Shown in pieces: positions 18,962 to 32,028 of a stretch of DNA of 64,000 nucleotides; within the stretch, counting starts at the first letter, position 1; each line of letters opens with the position of its first letter. The stretch is taken from the IMG/VR virus record IMGVR_UViG_3300031555_001562. One strand, 5' to 3'. Both the position numbers and the translations under genes were made by a program. Origin of the DNA: a virus (taxonomy: Duplodnaviria > Caudoviricetes). The notes beneath the pieces were generated by a model, which saw only the letters and a program-made list of their open reading frames with translations, made no database searches and was not told where the DNA came from.

Positions 18962-19278
18962 TCTTCTTCCTCCGTCAGAAATAGTTGTACATCGATATTC
19001 AAAGCCTCAGCAATCATACATAGCTTAATAATGGGAACTTTGACATCTTCTCTGCTTTTGTTCATCCACGCATAAGTGGTATGTGTGCTTGAGCCTGTAA
19101 GTTCAGATAGTTTTTTATGCATCACTGAGCGAACTTCGCACTCAGGATATCTTTCGATCATATATTTGTTGACGTTACTGGCAATGACCATGTGGTTGGT
19201 TTCTTCCCATTTGTCAGTCAACGATAAATATTCCTTTGCGATTGGTTCTCGCATTGGATCCCCTCCGTTCCTAAGCAT
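18958..19278 (-). CDS. XRE-like HTH regulator
   Basis: KKLSELTGSSTHTTYAW...P.IKLCMIAEALNI. Confidence 0.65.
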   Translation of the reverse strand: MLRNGGDPMREPIAKEYLSLTDKWEETNHMVIASNVNKYMIERYPECEVRSVMHKKLSELTGSSTHTTYAWMNKSREDVKVPIIKLCMIAEALNIDVQLFLTEEEE

Positions 19279-19339
19279 AGCGCCATAATTGGTAACTTAC
19301 TTACTACCAATATAAATGGCGCTATACCTATTTGTCAAG

Positions 19340-20533
19340 TTAATTCCGCATAGATTCGTACAGCTTTGCTACACGAGCGGAAACATTATAGGACGGATTA
19401 ACAGGGAGAATATAGGAATACAGATCTTCGCCGGACTTCATGGACAAAAGACCGATGTTGCATTCATTTGCACCAGTCTTGTTTTCAAGTTCCACTCTGA
19501 TATCATCCTTACCAAACAGTGCGGCAGAATCCATCAGGAACACAGGATTGATACAGAAGCAGAAATTCTCGGTGGTATCATCTGTCACGTCCAGCTGGTC
19601 AATGGAACTGTAATTTGCGGAGTTGATGGAACAGAAGACGCCATCTTCATTCTTGAAGATAATCAGGGGAATCTTCTCAATGATCTTACCCTTACGGAGT
19701 TCATTGTAATACTCCTTTGCAATGGTAGCAACATCGGAAGCTTTAACGGTAAAACCAAAGTCACGCTTTGCATTTCTCTTGATCTGCTCGATGTCCATGT
19801 ACTCACCAGGTTCCTGCAAACACCAGTATGTAAAACCATTGCCGGAGATCTTGATTATGCTGGAACTCTTCATTGCACCAACGGAAAGCTGTACCATGTC
19901 TTCAGACTTAGCATTGATGATTTTCTTCATACTCTGGAAAGAGTACCAGGGCAGAGTGAAATAACCTTTATCGGTGAACCAGTTGCCGCAGATCTTCTTA
20001 ATCGTAAAGCGGAATCCGTCAGTAGCAGCCATCCGCTGATGCTGGCAGTTGATATTGAAGCCGGTATACAGAGGTCTTACGGCATAGTCCTCGTGGCGCA
20101 TGCGGTCAGTAGCTACCATTGCGGACAGCAGTTCTTTCTCGGACATCTCGCATTTCAGCTCCATGTCACCATCAGGGAACTTAGGCCATACATCGTTTTC
20201 ATCGGCCTCATACATCGGAACAGCACGGTACTTCTTGTTACCCACAACAGAAAATTTGCCCCCGAAAGTATCGATGATAATCTTCCCGGTGAATGCGCTG
20301 ATCTTTGCAAGATCGTCCGTACCTACACGGATTTCACCACTTTCGATAACCTGAGCAGGAATACACACCTTGATAAACTGTTGCAGATTGGAAGCACTGA
20401 TGGTCGCATGATCGTCAGCAGCTTCAAACTTGATGGTACAAAGATCTTCCAGGTGGCTTTTTCTCGGAGCAACGGTCATGACCTTGCTCAGCGCATCGAA
20501 AAAATCCTTTCCGTTATTAATCGCAAACTTCAT
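19340..20533 (-). CDS. DNA polymerase III beta-clamp-like protein (divergent)
   Basis: ISASNL, MAATDGFRF, INPVFLMD and YILPV match DnaN landmarks; similar length. Confidence 0.65.
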   Translation of the reverse strand: MKFAINNGKDFFDALSKVMTVAPRKSHLEDLCTIKFEAADDHATISASNLQQFIKVCIPAQVIESGEIRVGTDDLAKISAFTGKIIIDTFGGKFSVVGNKKYRAVPMYEADENDVWPKFPDGDMELKCEMSEKELLSAMVATDRMRHEDYAVRPLYTGFNINCQHQRMAATDGFRFTIKKICGNWFTDKGYFTLPWYSFQSMKKIINAKSEDMVQLSVGAMKSSSIIKISGNGFTYWCLQEPGEYMDIEQIKRNAKRDFGFTVKASDVATIAKEYYNELRKGKIIEKIPLIIFKNEDGVFCSINSANYSSIDQLDVTDDTTENFCFCINPVFLMDSAALFGKDDIRVELENKTGANECNIGLLSMKSGEDLYSYILPVNPSYNVSARVAKLYESMRN

Positions 20534-20729
20534 TCCTGTACCACCTTTCTCAGTTTCATGTATTCTTTCAGGGAAATGCCCATGCAGTTTGCCGCAACCT
20601 TCATTGCCGTCTTCTTATCTCCACGGCTACCAGGAATGGCTTCCTTACTACCAACCTTGTGGGCATACCACTGTCCGCCCTTTTCTTTCGATACTTCGTA
20701 TGTAATCTCCATTTGTTCCTCTCTTTCAA

Positions 20730-21359
20730 TTATTCTTCTTCAGGATCATCAAACATGCTCGTAAGCACTCTTGGTTTATATTCTCTTGTTTCTCCGAATT
20801 CCTTCAAATCCGCAATGTCTGTCTTCAGTTTTCTAAGACACGGCAACAAACCACTGGAAATAATCAGACTTGCAAATTCAAGTGCGTCTTTTGCTTCACG
20901 TCTGCGCTGACGAACTTCCTGCATCTGTTTGTATCTTTTGAAACCATTGATAACATTCTCATTGGTGAATTCCATCTTGTGAAGAATGTCCAATGTTTCC
21001 ATGTCACACTGTTTTACAATGCCACCGAAGTAACCGGGCAAAAACAGGAATTTGTCTGTGTTTTCAACGATCTGCTCATAGAATGCAATCATCTCATCAA
21101 GAGCCTGTTTAGCAGTTTCGGGAGTAAACTCGCTGCCATCACCGGAATATTCTTCAGCAAGGTTATCGGTATTGAGAATTTTTACTTCAGTCGGGCTAAC
21201 AGTTGGAAACATACCTGGGAAATTGTTATCCATGAAGTTCGTTGCTTTATCCAAGGTGATGAACTTCGTTGCATTTTTCAGGAGTGTTGACCAGCTGCCT
21301 TTGCCGCCTCTGCATTTCACATATCCACCGCTAGTGCAGTGGGAAATAACATATGACAT
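20730..21359 (-). CDS. Hypothetical protein, paralog of 13068-13718
   Basis: Shared C-terminal pattern ending YKPRVLT. Confidence 0.75.
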   Translation of the reverse strand: MSYVISHCTSGGYVKCRGGKGSWSTLLKNATKFITLDKATNFMDNNFPGMFPTVSPTEVKILNTDNLAEEYSGDGSEFTPETAKQALDEMIAFYEQIVENTDKFLFLPGYFGGIVKQCDMETLDILHKMEFTNENVINGFKRYKQMQEVRQRRREAKDALEFASLIISSGLLPCLRKLKTDIADLKEFGETREYKPRVLTSMFDDPEEE

Positions 21360-21371
21360 TTTCTTCTTCCT

Positions 21372-22138
21372 TTATTCATCGCCAGACATGACGGATTTCA
21401 AAATCTTCTTGTACTCAGGATCGGTCTTTACGGCAACCTTCGGTCTGCGATTGCTGTATTTGCTAATCTCGTTGACTCCGGTGACAACATGACCTTCCTT
21501 TGTACATTTAGCAAGATACATAAACAGATCCTGCTTACTGGTGCATTCAACGAATGCATAACTCATTGCGCTAAACTGAACAAGATACAGTTCGCAATCT
21601 CTGCCAAGTTCTCTTGCCATAACTTCCTCCTTAATAGGTGAGCCGATATCCGTTTTCAACGAATTTCTTTATAAATGCTTCGATCTTCGCATTTCCGTCC
21701 AGAATTGTAAATGTGAATTCATTTCCTGACCGTTCCTCAAGCTGGCTATATTTAACCATCCTCACGGAGTAGTCAATATCCATGAGCTTGAAAAGCAACT
21801 TCAGCTTTGATATACGTTCTTCCGAAACGGTATCCCATTGCTCAAAAGACACATATGTATTTCCGTATTTGGTTTCTACTTTTGCTTCATGAGCTTTTCT
21901 GAACTTATCCAAATACTCAGCCATGATTGCATCTTGATCTTTCTTAATCTGATGATCCGCTATCATATGTCTTTCTCAGCACTCCTTCCATCGCATCTTG
22001 CAACCTATCGACTTTCTCGCCGCACTGTCTGCAACGATGCCATACAAGGGTAGCAATTCCGATAAATTCAGACCCTCGTGCGACTTCCATCCTGGTTTTA
22101 ATCTTTCCGCATTTGCGGCAGTAAAATTTTCCGAACAT
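21372..22138 (-). CDS. Three small hypothetical ORFs
   Basis: 21372-21659, 21631-21966 and 21944-22138, overlapping in operon. Confidence 0.55.
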
Positions 22139-22142
22139 TTTT

Positions 22143-22562
22143 TTACCTCTTGATCTGTCTTCTCATATGGACAACAATTCCACTCTTACCATTCGGCTTT
22201 ACTTCAACAGTGTCCATAAAGCTTTCCATGATAGTGAAACCCATGCCACTACGTTCCGCCCCACCAGTGGTGAAGAATGGCTTTCTGGCCTGTTCGATAT
22301 CGGGGATGCCAACTCCCTTATCCTTAATGACAATATCCAGAACATTGCCACCCAGGATTCGGCAGCGCAGCCAGATGGTTCCGTGAGTCTTCGGATATGC
22401 ATGGACGATGCAGTTAGTTACTGCTTCAGATACGGAAGTTCTGATATCACCCAGTTCCTCCAGGGTGGGTTCCAACTGACTAGCGAAAGTGGCGACAGCG
22501 GTTCGTGCCAGGTATTCATTTACGGGCTTGCTCAGGAATTCCATCTTCATCTGATTTTCCAT
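22143..22562 (-). CDS. spoIIAB: Anti-sigma F factor / serine kinase
   Basis: NEYLARTAVATFASQLEPTLEELGDIRTSVSEAVTNCIVHAY, DKGVGI and FFTT...ERSGMGFTIMESFMD. Confidence 0.92.
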   Translation of the reverse strand: MENQMKMEFLSKPVNEYLARTAVATFASQLEPTLEELGDIRTSVSEAVTNCIVHAYPKTHGTIWLRCRILGGNVLDIVIKDKGVGIPDIEQARKPFFTTGGAERSGMGFTIMESFMDTVEVKPNGKSGIVVHMRRQIKR

Positions 22563-22792
22563 AATTCCACCTCAAAACAACGTATTGTCGCATGCCTCGA
22601 TGCGATCAAGTCTGACGTTATCGCCAGACCAATGAGAATCACCGTTTAGCTTAAAATAAACCTTGATCTTCGTTTCGTTCATTCGCAGCTTCAGATAACC
22701 GTGGGAAGTTCCGCATGATAGTTCAGAACAAAGTACCCAATCCTTGAGATATGTTCCGATGAAAGTATGAAAAGTCATCTTTAACACCTCAT

Positions 22793-23269
22793 TTAGTTTA
22801 ATTCCACACCGTCAATCGGTTCATACACCATAGGATACTGTTTAACTCCACCAACGTATTTGGGTTTGTGATACGCTTTTATCGTTGCCTGTAGTCTTCC
22901 GTTCACCACAAGATCTCCATACAGCCAAACATTGAGCGGAACGTAGTAGATGATCTCATAATTTCCGTTCAATACAACAGCAACACCGTGACTCTTGTAG
23001 TTATCTGTCAGCCATGCTTCCTTGAAGATTTTCCAGTAATCCTCAAAATTCGTCCAGTCCTCAAAATCCTTGTAGTCGGGATTAGACGGAACAAATTCCG
23101 AACAGATAATGTGGTGAGCGCCGCAGTCATATGTTTTGAAGTATGGCTTATAAAGTTTGATCTTTTTATGATCCAGCTTAGGGCAAGTACATTCGCCCAT
23201 GTCTGCATTGACTTTCCATTTAGCACAATGCCGACACATGAAGTGCGGACAGTCATCCACATTATACAT
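22793..23269 (-). CDS. Hypothetical Cys-rich protein
   Basis: 158-aa ORF in operon. Confidence 0.6.
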   Translation of the reverse strand: MYNVDDCPHFMCRHCAKWKVNADMGECTCPKLDHKKIKLYKPYFKTYDCGAHHIICSEFVPSNPDYKDFEDWTNFEDYWKIFKEAWLTDNYKSHGVAVVLNGNYEIIYYVPLNVWLYGDLVVNGRLQATIKAYHKPKYVGGVKQYPMVYEPIDGVELN

Positions 23270-23282
23270 TTTCTTACCTCGC

Positions 23283-25031
<1,749 letters not shown>

Positions 25032-25068
25032 TTCTGTAACCTCCGATAGTTTCGCTCATATTTTCCAT

Positions 25069-27465
25069 TCAACTATATAGCTTTTTCAGATTGAACTTCT
25101 TGATAATGGTATCTTTCAGTTCATCAAAAGTAGGGGTATCGCCAAAAGGCATTTCGATCTTTGCCCCATCAACCCAGAGTCCGAAGTGGTAGAAACCCTT
25201 GGATTCATCGTAGGAGAAACTGATGGAAACATCCGCATTCAATTCCTTGCGGTTCAAGCGGCTATGCCAAATTCCGCAAGCGAAATTGGTCACACCCCAG
25301 TCAGTTCTAGGATGCAGGACACGCATACTCCATTCGATGCCGTGTTTCTGGTTATCTGCATAAGCTGCATTTCTCAGGAACTCAGCCACTTCTTGCAACT
25401 TAGGTACATTCTTCTTCATGATTGACCTCCAGTTTCTTGCCAACTGCCAGCATAGCCAGACAGATGATTAGTGAGATGACGTTCATGGTTTCGATCAGGC
25501 TCATAACATATTCCCCATAGTTGTAGCGATACACAGCAATCCAGCTTCCGCTGCACTGTCAGAACAATTGATAATTGACTCAATGGAATTAATGAACTCA
25601 CATCCACTGCCGTGTTCTTTCGCAGGAGAAATCGTTACACACTCAGGCATGTAGACGATGATCTCAGGCTCAAATTTTCCAACATAATTAGTATCACCAC
25701 GAGCTGCGGCGATCCTATTGGCTTCTTCCACTGCTTTCTGTCCGTCCAGTGCGGAGAAATAGCGCTCATTGGAGATGTTGGAATTGTAGTGGTAGTCAAC
25801 AGAAAGACTTGTTCCGCCATGATTATGACCCAGGCCAAAAGTGTAAATTCAGTATCTAGGTTCTGCCGTCTGAACATAAAGCGTTCCGTCTACCAAAAGA
25901 TACTTACTCATACCTTCTACTGCCTTGGCAATCATATCTTCTCTGCTAGGATGTTCGTTCCAGTATCTGCTGGAAAAGTACATGCTTCCGTGTTCGTTCC
26001 ACCACATCACGGCTTCAAGAGGAGTCTTGTATCTCTCAGAATCGTTGCTTCCGCAAATGGATCTGATGGTGGCTGCATTCCAGAACAGGCCATTGTAGGA
26101 GTAGATAAAACCCTTGCCGCCATAACTTCTGTCCTCAAAAGCTTTGCTGAGTGCGGAGATAGGGGCTTCCGCAAGCTCGATGTCAACGTATTCCTCGCAC
26201 TCCCGGTATCTGTACTTCCTGCATCTGGGAGTGGGAAGATACTTCTCTTCATATTTGATCCATGTTTTGATTTTCATATTATCCTCCCATCACAGGATGA
26301 ACTCTCTGTCGGTCTTCTTATCTGCGATTCCCTTTTTGGAATAGGGTCTTACCCAAATAACCTTTCCGGTCTTTGTCTTTCGGTAGTGGCCTCTGACGCT
26401 GAAGGTGGACTTGTAACCGTGCCATTCTTTCTTCGGTGCAGGAAGCTCTTCCAGCATGCTATTGGAGATTGTGTATCTCCGAATGGTTAGCGGCTTTCTC
26501 TGGCTTCCCTTGCGCTTGCCTCCCTTGCTACTCTTGGCAGTAGTACGGTGAACGGTCTTGGTACGCTCGACATCTTCCCGGTAGTAGGTTGCAAACAGCA
26601 TGAGCGCCTTGAACTTACTGACACACTTCCAGATGGTATTATCCTGTGCTAGAATCATACTCATCTGTGCTTTTCTGATAGGATCATCTACGTTGATTTT
26701 CAGATCTTCCAAATGATTGTCTTCCATATTGCTCTTCCATGAAGCGATCTTCAACAGCTCTGCGCCGCCATCTTTCATAAAGAACATCTCAAAAGCAACT
26801 ATAGGAGAACCTTCATCTCGGAACCGGAGTGTAATCAATTCTTCCTGGAACTCAATATCCGCAGTTGCAAAGGGCAGTGCAATCGCCGCACCAGTCAGCT
26901 TTTCCGACCAGTCAATGACTCTCTGCATATCGGTATTGGCTCTAACGATGATCTTATCCACTCCGGTTCCTCCTGTCTTTTCTTACTTTGCGCTGTAGTA
27001 GACTTCGGGCGGAACCTTGTAGATCCACGAGCCGCTTCTTACCAGCAACGCATCTTTTCCGTAGTACTTTTCCTTCATACCCTGAATGCTGCCGGTTGCA
27101 GAGAAGTTAGGGTACTGAGAAAGATTGTATATTTTCTTCTGTTCCTTGTTCATGTATCTTACTCTGGGCATTTGAACCTCCTGTAACATTCGAAACTTTC
27201 GGGGTTTGCATCTGCATGAAATACTGATTTTATTGATATCTCCGGTAGCTGGAATGGAAGTTTGTGTACACCACCACAGCATCGTCCGGAATCTCTTTCA
27301 GTTTGATAGAACCGGGATTTACCCATTCATCTCCGCCTAGCTGCGGACTGATCCATTCAAGGAACTTGCTTACCGCCTCGGATCTGCCTTCGGCACGGAT
27401 GATGCATACCCGGTCTTCATATGAAACACCCGTGTCGAAGACAAACTCAACCTTGTAGGTCATCA
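25069..27465 (-). CDS. Several hypothetical ORFs
   Basis: 25069-25443, 25501-25731, 25849-26277, 26290-26961 (VRGHYR...WVRPY motif), 26983-27171 and 27230-27465. Confidence 0.55.
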
Positions 27466-28101
27466 TTCCTCCGTATCGACAAGAGTAGAAGAGGAAAGAG
27501 TCAAAACCGGACGGACACCGTAGCCCCAATCACAGTCATCCCCATTCAGAATGCCACTAGAGTTGACGCAGCAAACGTGGCCAGTGTAGTCATTGCTGGG
27601 AGTGGAGAAGGGAGTGATGGTCAGCCAGGAGCATTCGTACTCGGACATGACACCCAGGATCTTGTGGTACTTTGCGTACTCAGCGGCGGTCAGCATGGAA
27701 ACCTTGTCAATGCACGTGCCGTAGTCATCCAGGCCATCCAGAGAAGTCAGGTCACGGTGCATGTCGATGATATTCTCAGCGCCGAACAGCTCACACATGT
27801 GCTGGTAGATCTCGCCGCTGTTCATACTGGTACGAATGGGACTCACTCGCCAGTCATTGTTCTCACCGAACTCATGGCGGTCATCCAGGAAGTCAGCCTT
27901 GATAACGAACACTTCGCCGTTGGGCTTCTTGTCCAGGACGATGAACTTCTCGCCGTTCTGGGTGAAAGTATCGCCGGAGTTCAGCGTGCCGACTTCGATC
28001 TTGCTGTGGAACAGGGTCTTGGGATCGACGTTACCGCAGTCGATGATGATCTTGTTGCCGCTGATGGTGAACTGTGCATTGTTGATAGTAAACTGATTCA
28101 T
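27463..28101 (-). CDS. DGR target 2 (remote), C-terminal CLec-type variable domain
   Basis: Paralog of target 1 (FIVLD, DLTSLDG, VSMLT, WL.T, GVRP); carries VR2. Confidence 0.92.
   Translation of the reverse strand: MNQFTINNAQFTISGNKIIIDCGNVDPKTLFHSKIEVGTLNSGDTFTQNGEKFIVLDKKPNGEVFVIKADFLDDRHEFGENNDWRVSPIRTSMNSGEIYQHMCELFGAENIIDMHRDLTSLDGLDDYGTCIDKVSMLTAAEYAKYHKILGVMSEYECSWLTITPFSTPSNDYTGHVCCVNSSGILNGDDCDWGYGVRPVLTLSSSTLVDTEE
27508..27585 (-). repeat. DGR variable repeat VR2
   Basis: 7 mismatches to TR in 78 nt, 6 of them at TR adenines. Confidence 0.92.
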
Positions 28102-28164
28102 ATGTATTCTCCTTTTTTGTTTTGGTTTATTATTTGTTTGTTGGGTCTACTTTTTGGACTAAAA

Positions 28165-28801
28165 TTAAAGGTAGTAGTCGAACTCTCTCAGGCCACCGGA
28201 GTCTTCGACATACTGCTTGCATCCGTCGATAGTAAACTCTTCGCCGTATTCCTCGTGGTTGTCCGGGCTATCGAAGTGAAGCAGGATCATGTGGACTAGG
28301 TTTTCGATAGTGGTTTTGATCTTGTAACCGCTGTCGATGATCCACTGTGCGATTCTGTCGCAGTCACACCACTTTGCCTTTGGCAGCGAAGGCTCCCATG
28401 TCCATCTGCCATAACAATCAACCATTGTATTGACCTCCTTGGTAATTCATTTACTAAAAGAATTCTATCACATCTCATCTTATTTGTCAACCACTTTATT
28501 GCGTCTACTGTGAACAAATTTCGTAAAATACTTTTATGCGTAAACCAACCTCCACAAACGGTTGACAAGTCACATGAAATAAACGACTTGCCATAAGGAT
28601 TACATATGTTTCCTTAAAGCTACTGATTCCATCATGCAATCTATCCTGGATCCATTTTGCCGCTTCCCTTGCATGTTTACCAGCAATGATTATCACTCGG
28701 AAATTAATTCCTCTGCATGAAGCGAATCCTTGTTCTGTCTTGCATACAAAAGAATAGATTTCTTCATCCTTATTTCTATCGCATTCATGATGTATATCCA
28801 T
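28165..28801 (-). CDS. Two hypothetical ORFs, each with its own sigma-A promoter
   Basis: 28165-28425 and 28505-28801; TTGACA-N17-TAGAAT and TTGACA-N17-TATAAT upstream. Confidence 0.6.
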
Positions 28802-28935
28802 AAAACACTCCTAGGCCATTAGTGATCTCTGACTGTCTGTATTATAGCAGATGCAGCACCATTTGTCAACTCTTATTTTCTAATTTCTTTGAAATTATTT
28901 TGTGGCATTTCACAAAGGAAAGGAAGGCACTTGTA

Positions 28936-29364
28936 TTAAACAATAGTGCCATCCTCAAATTCAAACCTTGACACATACTCGCAGTTCATATATCCAGCAA
29001 TCTTTGAAAGATCATCCTGTGTCTGCTTGCCAATAACGAGGCGCTTTGACATAGCTTGCTGTGACAGCCCCATCTTGGCTGCAAGCTCGGTTATTGTCAT
29101 ATTGGCATGCTCCAATGCATCCTTTATCTGTTGTCCGTTTGTAGAGGCGCTGAAAGCCTTACCGTCTTCGAACACAAACGCACTGTAAAATTTGCATCCA
29201 ATAACACTCGCAATCTTTTCAAGCTCTTCCTTTGTAAATTTGTCGTTTTCTAATCGCTTTGTTAATGTCGGATGTGTAACATTCATTGCAGATGCAATGT
29301 CACATAATTTGACATGCCCAATTGCGCATGCAATTTTCACTCTCTGCTTTATGGTAAACGGCAA
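28936..29364 (-). CDS. Tandem double XRE-HTH protein
   Basis: Internal duplication: IASAMNVTHPTLTKRL and LAAKMGLSQQAMSKRL, each followed by KIA...C.....F.FEDG. Confidence 0.8.
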   Translation of the reverse strand: MPFTIKQRVKIACAIGHVKLCDIASAMNVTHPTLTKRLENDKFTKEELEKIASVIGCKFYSAFVFEDGKAFSASTNGQQIKDALEHANMTITELAAKMGLSQQAMSKRLVIGKQTQDDLSKIAGYMNCEYVSRFEFEDGTIV

Positions 29365-29571
29365 ACCTACTTCACCTCTTTCTTATTCGCCGTATTTCTT
29401 AATAATCTGACGGCATTCCTTCTGTGATTTACCCACCATCTCTCTGTTCATTGCGTTAAGCTCTTCTCCGGTAAACACATGATGATTTTTTGTGCAGCTG
29501 TCATAGAAAGACTTGCTAATCAGAATAGCACCGATTGCAATCAAAATGAGTAATGGCATGATGATCCTCCT

Positions 29572-29940
29572 TTACCGATCATTGTAAATCCTGTCCTGGC
29601 ATTCCAGAAAATAGGAGTCAACCACGACCATCTGCTTAGTAGTCAGAATGAACAGGCCGACCAGACCGACGGCAGCGCCGAAGATCTGCATGATCCTGGA
29701 AGCGATATAGCAACCCAGAATCAGGAAGAAAATACCGATGATGCCAACCACAGCGCCCAGAATACGCTGACGGTGGAAATATGTAGCACGGTTCTTGCGC
29801 TCCTTGGCTCTGCGGCTGTTGCGCCGCTGTTCCATCTTATCCTGGATGTTTGCGAACTCGTCATAGCTCATAACGGTCACGATGCCGTCATCCGTGTTGT
29901 TCATACCCTTGTAGCCGTAGCCCATTGTGTTGTCCTCCAA
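29572..29940 (-). CDS. Membrane protein
   Basis: Two predicted transmembrane segments. Confidence 0.65.
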   Translation of the reverse strand: MEDNTMGYGYKGMNNTDDGIVTVMSYDEFANIQDKMEQRRNSRRAKERKNRATYFHRQRILGAVVGIIGIFFLILGCYIASRIMQIFGAAVGLVGLFILTTKQMVVVDSYFLECQDRIYNDR

Positions 29941-30712
29941 TATTATATCTGAAAATTTTGTGTTTGTCTATTCAAAATTCAACCAATTCGTTCAGTTTTT
30001 CTAAAACGCATTTGTTGCAACAGGAAATGTCAATATCTTCTCCATTTCTTTGTTTGATCTTTGAATGATATTTTACACTTTTGTTTGTACCGCAGAAGTA
30101 ACATATTTTTGTACTTCTATCTTTGGCAGGAAATAGCTTAAACTTCATATTTTATACTCCCGTTTGTCATGCCGCTTTGTTAACTCTAACCTTGATTCGG
30201 AACATTCGCATTGCCATATCATATCCAATAGGTTTTTCATAATTTGCTCCGGTAACTTCACGGTGAGTCATATTAGAAAGAATTTCGACGGCTTGCATTT
30301 CAGCATAATTTGCTCCGCATGCGCTCAAGATCCACGTATATGCAGGATTTTGTTCTGTTTTGATAAAAGCTTCGACTTTATATTCTCTCTTCTTATTCAT
30401 GCATTGCCTCTTTGTTGCGTCTACTTTGAATGCTAAAAAATTATGCCACTAACCATCCTGAGAAAGCGTTCCATGAGATAGTGTACTTGCGACCGTCGAT
30501 CTTAACTTGCTTTACATAAGTTCCAGTGAAAATTTTCGTTTCATCACAGAATTCACCGAACAGTTTATACCAATAGTCGATGTTCTTATGCAGCTGGAAC
30601 AGAACATAATTTCGCATTTCGTTGTGATCCATATGAAAGCCTTTCATTATTAGCATTTTGGTTCATTTTTTCCACATATACTATAGTTATGGGGAGTGTT
30701 ACCTCCCCATAT

Positions 30713-31924
30713 TTAGCTAGTGTGGGTGGCAGCGTTTACTTCGTTGATAACTTTTCCGGTATTGATACCTCTGGATTCACAGAAAGCAACTGCAAGCTTC
30801 ATCGCCTTGCTGATTTCTTCATTGGAAAGGCAATCGAGCAGAGACTTCTTGCCGGTCTTTCTGTTCTTCAGCTTCGTATGGTACTTATAGTCGAACTCCC
30901 TGTAGAATTCTGCGAAGGCATTCGCAAAGTTTCCATTCAGACAATTGGCAGCATAGGAACGAATCAGCGCATTAATCATGCTCTTCTCATCCCAGGTGTT
31001 GATCTCATCGGACATTGCCTTGTTTGCAATGGAAAGCTCTCTGTTCTTTTCCTGTTCACTCTTCAAGGTTTCCAGCAGTACAATCAGAGACGCAGGATCC
31101 TGCAAGGACTTTGTAAGAGTATCAGGAGTCATGTATGCTCCATGCTTACGGACACTAGGAAGCACCTCGGCCGTTACCCATCTCTTGAACTGCTTTGCAC
31201 CAGGAAGCTTAGAGGACATAATCAGGGAGTACAGGCCGGACTCGTTGATGATAACGGTTTTCTGTTTTCCACCAGGGGTGTCCATCCAATGGACTCCCTT
31301 ATCATCTTCATCAACATTTGTCTTGAGCGCCTGTCTATGATTGCCATAGCCCAATGTATCCGCCACATCCTTGCCAACGAACCAAGGCTGACATCCGATC
31401 TCCATGACACGGATGGAACCAAATTCCATATTGGTGAAAGTCAGGATATTTTCTGCCATATTTTCCACATTATTAATCGTATCTTCATTAGCTGCAAGTG
31501 CTTCATTTTCAGCGGCTGTAACGGCGGCTCTGATCTTGTCGGCAACTTCACTTCTGCTCAGGCCAAGTGCCATATTGAAAATTGCTGCCTTGGACATGCA
31601 TCTTGCGCCAACGCTAGTGACTCTTGCGGAACAATCACCATGCTTTACGATATTACAACCTCTGATGTTCTCAGGATCGACGGAATAGCCAGCATTGGCA
31701 AAGTCTTTCGTCTTCATCTTGATAATGCCGTATTCTTCCAGTTCTTTCTGGTGTCCGCTGTAGTAACCAGAAACAACCGAATATTCAGTTTCGAAGTACT
31801 CGGCAACCATAGTCAGCGTTGCAATGTCCAGCACGGGCAGGAGCTTAACAGGCTTGATTTCGTCCATGATTCCGATATATTCCATGCGCTTGTTGCGGAT
31901 GTCCTTAGAACTAATTGTTTTCAT
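30713..31924 (-). CDS. Bro-N domain antirepressor-like protein
   Basis: FGSIR...PWFVGKDVA..LGY...INESGLYSLI..SKLP.AK.FKRWVT.EVLPSVRKHGAY. Confidence 0.9.
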   Translation of the reverse strand: MKTISSKDIRNKRMEYIGIMDEIKPVKLLPVLDIATLTMVAEYFETEYSVVSGYYSGHQKELEEYGIIKMKTKDFANAGYSVDPENIRGCNIVKHGDCSARVTSVGARCMSKAAIFNMALGLSRSEVADKIRAAVTAAENEALAANEDTINNVENMAENILTFTNMEFGSIRVMEIGCQPWFVGKDVADTLGYGNHRQALKTNVDEDDKGVHWMDTPGGKQKTVIINESGLYSLIMSSKLPGAKQFKRWVTAEVLPSVRKHGAYMTPDTLTKSLQDPASLIVLLETLKSEQEKNRELSIANKAMSDEINTWDEKSMINALIRSYAANCLNGNFANAFAEFYREFDYKYHTKLKNRKTGKKSLLDCLSNEEISKAMKLAVAFCESRGINTGKVINEVNAATHTS

Positions 31925-32028
31925 TGATATTCATTCTCCTGTCAACTGCTGCCCGATCTCTGTTTCGTTGAGCATCTTACGGATTGCATCAGAGGCAGTA
32001 TCTACAAATCCCTTAAAATTTTCTGCAA

